Shown: positions 8,993 to 16,530 of the stretch, one piece after another
Position numbering within the stretch: the first letter of the stretch is position 1
Layout of the letters: the number at the start of each line of letters is the position of its first letter
DNA from: Octopus sinensis
Taxonomy: Eukaryota
DNA length: 16,530 nt
Assembly (NCBI RefSeq): GCF_006345805.1
Contig: NW_021825152.1
Span: forward strand, 1 to 16,530
Reading direction: 5' to 3'
Made by a program: the position numbers and the translations under genes
Notes under the pieces: model-generated
The model's input: only the letters and a program-made list of their open reading frames with translations
Databases searched by the model: none
What the model was told of the DNA's origin: nothing

Positions 8993-9018
8993 ATATATAT
9001 ATATATATATATATATAT
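8925..9018. repeat. (TATC)n plus (TA)n microsatellite
   Basis: Direct reading. Confidence 0.95.
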
Positions 9019-9110
9019 CTGTCTCGCTATCTATATATCTGTCTGTCTGAAGCGGTTTCGGAAGATAAATATACGTTGGTATCACTATCAAATTTATCGT
9101 TTGTATAGAT

Positions 9111-9253
9111 GAGAAGTTTGCATCCCAACCACATGGTTCCAGGTTCATTCACACTGTGTGGAATCTTGGGAAAGTGTCTTCTACTATAGCCTCGGGCTGA
9201 CCAAAGCCTTGTGAGTGGATTTGGTTGACGGAAACTGAAAGAAGCCCATCGTC
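9111..9253 (+). mobile_element. SINE family A, head/central fragment
   Basis: ccaaccacatggttccaggttca...cttgggaaagtgtcttctactatagcctcgggctgaccaaagccttgtgagtggatttggttgacggaaactgaaagaagccc. Confidence 0.9.
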
Positions 9254-9450
9254 TTTTTGATGCGACTCTCTACTCTATACTGTTTTCTCCCTCCATCCTT
9301 CCCTAATTCCCTTTTTCTCTCCCTCCCTCCTTCACCGTTTTCTATCTGTCTCTCTCTCCCCTCTTTCTCTTTCTCTTTTCGTTGTTTTATACGTGACCAT
9401 CGTTCATCTATCTTTTCCTCACGTAACCATTTCTCTTCCTATATATATAT

Positions 9451-9518
<68 letters not shown>

Positions 9519-9519
<1 letters not shown>

Positions 9520-9860
9520 CGCAGGAGTGGCTGTGTGGTAAGTAGCATGCTTACCAACCGCATGGTTCCGGGTTCAGTCCCACTGCGTGGCATCTTGGGC
9601 AAAGCCTTGTGAGTGGATTTGGTAAACGGAAACTGAAAGAAGCCCGTCGTATATATGCATATATATGTGTGTGTGTATGTTTGTGTGTCTGTGTTTGTCC
9701 CCCTAGCATTGCTTGACATCCGATACTGGTGTATTTATGTCCCCGTCACCTAGCGATTCGGCAAAAGAGAGCGTTGGAGTAAGTACTAGGCTTACAAAAA
9801 ATAAGGATGCTCGACTAAAGGCGGTACTCCAGCATGGCCGCAGTTAAACGACTGAAACAA
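9519..9860 (+). mobile_element. SINE family A, near full length with internal deletions
   Basis: A-box-like tggctgtgtgg, B-box-like ggttcagtcc, central domain, (TA/TG) spacer, and 3' module ending gactgaaacaa. Confidence 0.9.
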
Positions 9861-10479
9861 CTCCACTTTTGCCCGAACCGACCTTGAATACTGCTGTCCA
9901 CTGTGGTCTCCCTACACAAAACAAAATATTATGAGAATTGAAGCTCCCCAAAGGTCAATCACAAAAAAGATAGATGGCATGTCAGACCTTGACTACTGGG
10001 GTAGACTAGAGAAGCTGAAACTGTATTCACTCCAACGACGCCGTGAACGCTACATTATCTGTATGATGTGGAAAATATTCCATCAGCACTGTCCGAATGA
10101 TGTTGGCATCACCTTCAAAATACATCCAAGGCTTGGACCACGTGCCATCCGTCCACAATAAAAATCTAAATCGCATCCCATAACGACAATACGGCACAAT
10201 TATTTCACCTCAATTGAACCCGCTCTCTTCAACATTACACTAGGACACGTCAAAACAGAAACTGACCACACAAAATTCAAGAAGTCTTTGGACAAATTCC
10301 TTCAAACAGTCCCGGACAAACTACCCAAACCCGGATATGTCTCCGCAAACAATAACTCTCTGTTCGAATGGGCCTCGGTGCCCAAATCCTGAATTGAAAG
10401 ACTTCGCCAGGTGGTGCTATTAAGTTAGACATGGCCTGGGCCAATACTGGCCAAAACCTTTCTAAGTTATTCTAAGTTA
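9861..10479 (+). mobile_element. 5'-truncated CR1/L2-group LINE 3' end with (TTCTAAGTTA)2 tail
   Basis: Coding remnant followed by a short 3' UTR and a tandem 10-mer at 10460-10479; short tandem-repeat tails are typical of CR1-group elements. Confidence 0.85.
9862..10392 (+). pseudogene. C-terminal fragment of CR1-type ORF2 (one in-frame stop at 10159-10161)
   Basis: FARTDLEYCCPLWSPY...IEAPQRSITKKIDG...Y-GRLEKLKLYSLQRRRERY...*...LFN...FKKSLDKFLQTVPD...GY...NSLFEW. The LEYC-WSP, QR-TK-I and L-L-SL-RRR motifs are characteristic of CR1/L2 ORF2. Confidence 0.85.
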
Positions 10480-10491
10480 TATATATATATA

Positions 10492-10557
10492 GTAGGCTGT
10501 TCCGTTGAATCGGATCGACTGGAACCCTTGTCGACGTAACCGATGGAGTAATAGTTT
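10492..10557 (+). mobile_element. SINE family C terminal 66 bp, inverted relative to 10679-10744
   Basis: 63/66 identical to the reverse complement of 10679-10744. Confidence 0.9.
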
Positions 10558-10628
10558 GTATGTATGTATGTATGTATGTATGTATGTATGTATGTATGTA
10601 TGTATGTATGTATGTATGTTGTATGTAT

Positions 10629-10669
<41 letters not shown>

Positions 10670-10678
10670 CACACACAG
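10558..10678. repeat. (TGTA)n plus (TA)n microsatellite spacer
   Basis: Direct reading. Confidence 0.95.
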
Positions 10679-11000
10679 AAACTGTTACTCCATTGGTTAC
10701 GTCGACAAGGGTTCCAGTCGATCCGATTCAACGGAACAGTCTACTCGTGAACTTAGCCCGCAAGTGGCTGAGTATTCCACAGGCTCACGTACCCTTAACG
10801 TAGTTCTCAGCATGACACAGAATGTGACATGGCTGGCTCCCCTTCTGAGTTACAGCTACAACTCATTTTTGCCAGCTGAGTAGACTGGAGTAGACTGAGC
10901 AAATGAAGTGTCTCGCTCGAGGACACGGCGTGCCGCTGGGAATCGAACGCACGACTTTATGATCGTGATCCAAATGTCTTAACCACTGAGTTTCGCGCCT
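10679..11000 (-). mobile_element. SINE family C (tRNA head, CORE-like domain, tail), full length
   Basis: Minus strand: ggcgcgaaactcagtggttaag...gcgttcgattcc (B-box-like, 10939-10950)...gtgtcctcgagcgagacactt...cagctggcaaaaatgagt...tgagaactacgttaagggtacg...ggaacccttgtcgacgtaacc. Confidence 0.8.
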
Positions 11001-12327
11001 ACACACATACACACATGTATATGCGCGTGTGTATATGTTTTTAGATATAAGCACATGTATTCGATGCAACCAGGATATTTGAGCAACCATATGTTAATTT
11101 TAAATTATTTTTCCAGTATATACATGCATACGCATACATACATATACATATATACATACATGTAGATAAATACATACATATACTTATATAGACATATAAG
11201 TACACACACACACACATATATTTCATATATTGGTAATTGGTATAGTTTACAGGTATTGATGTCAGAGTTAGTATGTGTCTGCGTGTATTTGTGTGTCTGT
11301 ATATGTGTACCCTCCCCACACATATGTGTATTATGTATGTATGTATATGTATATGCATGGGTGTACACACACAAATACAGACAAACATATATATATATAT
11401 ATATATACAGGCACAAACACTTGTGACACCAGGTTTCGGCAACAGCTGGGCCATTGTTTCGTTCTTTGTGGATCACGGAGCTTTTCTAAAAATATTTACT
11501 TCAAATTCAATCTATTTGTGCATAATTGATAAGTCGATGGCTTTTAAATAGCTTTCGGGTGTCATGGCTTGTTTAATTCTTACCTACATAAGTACTGATA
11601 GCGATGGAAACGGGTGGGGAAAAACGCGAGGATACATTCATAGGCAAAAGTTCAATTGATTAGACCAAATAAAATCGAAACGCCGGTGTCTGACGACCTA
11701 CCATGTTCTGAATGAAACTCTGTGTTTTTCACTCACAGCGGTTTTTGGAGAAGTTTCTCTGCGACAAAATAGTACGGCTTGTGACCTTTCACATTTGTAT
11801 ATACCTAAATGTTTGCATTTTTAGTTGGCATACCGCATTTCGTTATGCAACAATAATATGCTACCAAGTATATTAAAGACTTATAAGTCAATTCTTTGTC
11901 CTACCTGTGTTAGCAGTGCGATTCAATCACTTTTTAAAGTTAACTCTACAGATTTCCTATAGAAATTAAAGCCAACACTGAAAGTTACGACGTTTCTTAT
12001 ACAAAAACGTCTATGTAAACAACGCGATCGATAATAGAAAAATAGGCAATGGGAGTATATGCATATTTCTTGTTCATCCTTCAGCACCACATCCAATCTT
12101 TGAGGAAGGCCAAAGAACCAGAAGTGCTCGTCTGAGAATTTGCTAGAGGGAAGCACTGGACAGATACGGTGTCTTTATACTTTTTAACACAAATGAGATT
12201 TTTTTATCCTTAGTAACTTCAGTGAATTTCGTTGCTATTATGCCTCGATGGTCGAGGCACAAATAGAGACACACAAGCACGCACGCACATACATATACAC
12301 ACACACACATACACAGATACACACACA

Positions 12328-12462
12328 ACGGGCTTCTTTCAGTTTCCGTCTACGAAATTGACTCACGAGGCTATAGTAGAAGACACTTGCCTAAAGTGTC
12401 ACGCAGTGGGAGTGAACCCACAACCATGTGGTTGGTAAGCAAGCTTCTTACCACACAGCCAC
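12328..12462 (-). mobile_element. SINE family A, head/central fragment with internal deletion
   Basis: cgggcttctttcagtttccgtctac...actcac|gaggctatagtagaagacacttgcc...cttaccacacagccac. Confidence 0.88.
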
Positions 12463-12549
12463 ATACATACATACACACACACACACACATACATACATAC
12501 GTGTGTGTGTGTATACACACATAACTATTTGCTCATTGTACTGCAGAGT

Positions 12550-12600
12550 CCATGGCCGAGTACTCCACATACCGTTGCGCGTTTAACGTAATTCTCAGAT
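12550..12600 (-). mobile_element. SINE family C tail remnant
   Basis: Reverse complement tgagaattacgttaaacgcgcaacggtatgtggagtactcggccatgg resembles the family C tail. Confidence 0.55.
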
Positions 12601-12894
12601 AAGCTTGTTGGTTAAAAAGTGGTTAAACAGTGCGTCGCAAAAAACACTGCTTTCGAATTCGTATGTACACTACTTCCGGTATGCAGAGATTTTATACATT
12701 TCGTTGAAAAAAATTTTTTAAAAATGACATAATAAAATTTACACAGAAAATAAAATTTACGTATAAATTAAAACAGAAAGTAATTTCGTTCCCATAGCTA
12801 CAGGTAGAATATTCCTCCTTAAAGTGTAATCAATGTGGGGACGAAAACGCTTCGCCGTGATTACGAAGGGAATCTGCTAACCATTTATCCACGC

Positions 12895-13405
12895 CTGTAC
12901 ACACATACTCACATACATACTCTTACACACACACGTACACGCATATACACTTACAGGCATACACACTTACACACATGCATATACACTTACACACACACAT
13001 ACTCTTACACACGCACGCACACATACACACTTAACACACACACTTACACATACATCCACACTTACACATACGCATGCATGCACACACACTTATACACACA
13101 CACACATACATACCAACACACATAAACATAAGAACACAAATATGCACTTGAACACACAAACATATTCTCATACAAACACACCCGTCACAAACGCTATACA
13201 TCCATACACACGGAGACACACACACACACGCCCATACACACGCAAACACAGACACACACCAACACACGCACCCACACAGACCCACACACACGCTAACACG
13301 TATTCACACATGCATACACAGACTTTCGCACACAGACGAACCCACACACGCTCGTATACACATCTAATATACACATGCAAATACATACATACATACACAC
13401 GTAGA
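12895..13405. repeat. Degenerate (CA)n/(TACA)n low-complexity tract
   Basis: Direct reading. Confidence 0.9.
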
Positions 13406-13694
13406 CGGGTGCAGAAGTTAGTCAATCAAGACAGGACAATAAGCAAAGAACAGCATATTGTTAAAAGTTGAGCTGTGTGTGTATGAGCGTGTGTGTATGA
13501 GCGTGTGTGTATGTGCGTGTGTGTGTCAGTGTTGAAGCCGTTTCATAGCCTCCGGCGTTGTTCATCAGACAAAAGACTATATTAACTAGGATCGGCCTGT
13601 TTGCCTCCAAGCGATATAATTTTAAACAGCCGTCATCACTATAAAGCACGAAAATTCAACAATACGTAAGAGGCGGCAGAGCATATTTACACCA

Positions 13695-13930
13695 CACCGC
13701 ACATTACAACACTGCACCACACCACGCCATACCAAATCACATCACATCACACCAACACCACCAGCAACAACTACAACAACACCAACACCATCAACACCTC
13801 CATCACGGTACCAATCATTACAACACCGCGACACACCACACAAGGCCACACCGGTACCACGCCATACCTATGCCAGAAAATGGAATTGTAGACAATACAC
13901 TGCACACCTATCCCATGACCACCACTACTG
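13695..13930. repeat. CAC/CAA-rich low-complexity tract
   Basis: Direct reading. Confidence 0.8.
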
Positions 13931-14330
13931 CTTCCCCCATCACAGTACAATCACTTTAGATCGCAGTTTTCTAAACACCACCCCGCCATCAACTTCAGTT
14001 TTTTTTTCTTGTCCATCCGAAATTAAACACTTTTAAATATGTGTGCTTCAGAGTATGTATGTATAATAAATATGTGTGTATGTGCGTATACATGAATATA
14101 CATATGTATGTGTGTGCATCTATATATGTGTCTGAAGAGAGAAAGAGAGATATACATACATAGATAGTTATAGATAGACACTTACATACAAGCACACCGG
14201 CGAATGTACACAGGCGCACAAACATTCTCTCTCACGCACACACACGCGCACGCACATAAATTAAGTCATTCACAGTAGCTTTCCGTCTATTCATCTGAGT
14301 CTATTCCAAGCATCCGTCCGTCAGACTGTC

Positions 14331-14453
<123 letters not shown>

Positions 14454-14679
14454 CACCAATCTCCGAATCGATTTTCATCCATATATCTGCATCTATAACT
14501 ATCACTCCCCCCTCTCTCTCCCTCTTTCTCACTGCACTCATATCTTTATCACACACACATACACATATACACACGTACACACGCTCGCGCACACACACTA
14601 ATACAGATTCACACACCTATATGTGTATGTGTTCTTTCGCAAACACACCCTCAGTCATTCTCTATATACATTCATATAC

Positions 14680-14869
14680 ACAATACACACACACACATAC
14701 ATACATGCATATGTATATATATATATATATACACACATACATATATACATAATGCATATATATAGATACATACACACGCATATATACATATATATATATA
14801 TATATTCATATATATATATACACGTACCTATATACATACATACACACACACATATATATATATATATAC

Positions 14870-14902
<33 letters not shown>

Positions 14903-14960
14903 ATATATATATATATATATGATGTATATATATGTATATAATATATATTATATATATATG

Positions 14961-15022
<62 letters not shown>

Positions 15023-15025
15023 ATA
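14680..15025. repeat. (TA)n/(CA)n compound microsatellite
   Basis: Direct reading. Confidence 0.95.
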
Positions 15026-15437
15026 CACGGACACACTAGCGTTTGTGGTGTATATTACATACACACGAGCAATCAGCTGGTGCTGTCACCCTGGACAATA
15101 CACCTTCCCACAATGCTTTGTACCGATGTAATGAAACAACTTTATGGCACGGAATCTGATCTGTGTGTGAATATGTGTATATATATATATGAACGTACGC
15201 ATGTGTGTTTATGCATGAATGTGTATGTATGTGTGTGCGTGTGTGTGTGTGTGTGTGTAATTGTCTTGTGTGAAATGTAATGAACCTTGTTAATATACAA
15301 TGTGTGTATATAACTATATATTCTGCTATGTATAAAATAATACGTGTAATATACATACATACATACATACATACATAGACATATATATGTATCTATTCCT
15401 ATATATGTGTGTGTGTGTGTATATATACATATATACA

Positions 15438-15797
15438 CAGGAGTGGCTGTGTGGTAAGTTGCTTGCTAACCAACCACATGGTTCCGGGTTCAGTCCAACT
15501 GCGTGGCACCTTGTCGACCAATGCCTTGTGAGTGGATTTGGTAGACGGAAACTGAAAGAAGCCTGTCGTATATATGTATATATTTATATATGTGTGTGTG
15601 TATGTGTTTGTTTGTCCTCCTAGCATTGCTTGACAACCGATGCTGGTGTGTTTACGTCCCCGTCAATTAGCGGTTTGGCAAAAGAGACCAATAGAATAAG
15701 TACTGGGTTTACAAAGAATAAGTTCCGGGGTCGAGTTGCTCGACTAAAGGCGGTGCTCCAGCATGGTCGCAGTCAAATGACTGAAACAAGTAAAAAA
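15438..15797 (+). mobile_element. SINE family A, full length (central deletion)
   Basis: caggagtggctgtgtggtaag...ggttcagtcc...gtgagtggatttggtagacggaaactgaaagaagcc...ggcggtgctccagcatggtcgcagtcaaatgactgaaacaagtaaaa. Confidence 0.92.
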
Positions 15798-15834
15798 TAT
15801 ATATATATATACACATACACACACATATATTGTT

Positions 15835-16248
15835 TTATTCTTTTACTTGTTTCAGTCATCATTGCGGCAATGCTGGAGCACCGCCGTGAAGGGTCTTTGT
15901 CGAACAAATCGACCCCAGGAATTATTTCTTAAGTCACAGTACTTATTCTATCGGGCTGTTTGCCAAACCGCTAAGTTATGGGGACTTGAATACACTAATA
16001 CCAGTTGTCAAACGGTGATGGGGTGGGAAGGTAACGAGACACATATAGATATATGTATGTGTGTGTGTGTGTATACATATATATACACGACGGACTTCTT
16101 TCAGTTTCCTGTCTGCTGAATCTACTCACAAGGCTTTGTTCGGCCCGAGACTATAGTAGAAGACACTTGCCCAAGGTGCCACGCAGTGGGACTGAAACAG
16201 GAACCATGTGGTTAGGAAGCAAATCTCTTAGCACACAGCCACTCCTGC
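15835..16248 (-). mobile_element. SINE family A, full length, tail-to-tail with 15438-15797
   Basis: ttttacttgtttcagtcat...tgctggagcaccgcc...cttctttcagtttcc...ctatagtagaagacacttgcccaaggtgccacgcagtgggactgaa...cacacagccactcctgc. Confidence 0.92.
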
Positions 16249-16265
16249 ACCTCTCTCTCTCGATA

Positions 16266-16335
<70 letters not shown>

Positions 16336-16336
16336 G
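16266..16336. repeat. (ATCT)n microsatellite
   Basis: Direct reading. Confidence 0.95.
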
Positions 16337-16404
16337 ATCGATGGATAGATAGATATATATATATGTACATATATTTATATGAGGATAATAATTAGGTAAT
16401 AATT

Positions 16405-16530
16405 ATTAAAATTATAATGAAGGGTATCTAAAAGATACCACCATGCTAGAGATAGCAGTCAAAACTTGACTCTAAAACAACTCCTGGTGGTGTATGAATA
16501 TTTTATGATACCCTTAAGTATAATTTTAAT
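16405..16530. mobile_element. MITE-like fold-back element (right end at window edge)
   Basis: attaaaattataatgaagggtatc (16405-16428) matches the reverse complement of 16507-16530 at 22/24, with further inner complementarity (taaaa/tttta, ccacca/tggtgg). Confidence 0.55.

Noticed and set aside
9519-9595. tRNA-like sequences with A/B boxes (also at 1188, 4528, 7135, 12328, 15438, 16180)
   Set aside because: They are SINE heads continuing into SINE bodies; no complete cloverleaf, so they are not tRNA genes.
11884-12170. Faint resemblance to Helitron/PIF1 helicase motifs (SILCPT...EYMH...LRNL-like)
   Set aside because: Requires several frameshifts and stops, and most residues do not match; indistinguishable from chance without a profile search.
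12241-12259. Perfect 8-bp hairpin tgcctcga-tgg-tcgaggca
   Set aside because: Short, lies in a decayed SINE-like remnant, and is expected by chance in 16 kb.

Overview
Eukaryotic, repeat-dominated non-coding DNA (intronic or intergenic), most consistent with an octopus (coleoid cephalopod) genome. That assignment rests on dense (TA)n/(CA)n/(TATC)n microsatellites and many copies of tRNA-headed SINEs resembling those described from Octopus; I cannot reliably match my families A/B/C to the published OK/OR1/OR2 names. No host protein-coding gene is recognisable, and almost all ORF-track entries are microsatellite translations. Two real but fragmentary coding remnants are present: the 3' end of an RTE-clade LINE ORF (minus, 5902-6408) and the 3' end of a CR1/L2-group LINE ORF (plus, 9862-10392, one in-frame stop). 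The most interesting signals are: (i) a compact, possibly doubly pseudoknotted RNA fold, visible only after excising the RTE insertion, whose strand order resembles a permuted twister ribozyme but which lacks the canonical catalytic consensus; (ii) a Penelope-type minimal hammerhead motif with a U4C core variant; (iii) a 1-kb element bounded by ~98% identical 241/244-bp direct repeats; (iv) two fold-back SINE arrangements that could give dsRNA; (v) a flush SINE-LINE junction and SINE tail swapping. All calls were made by eye, without database searches.
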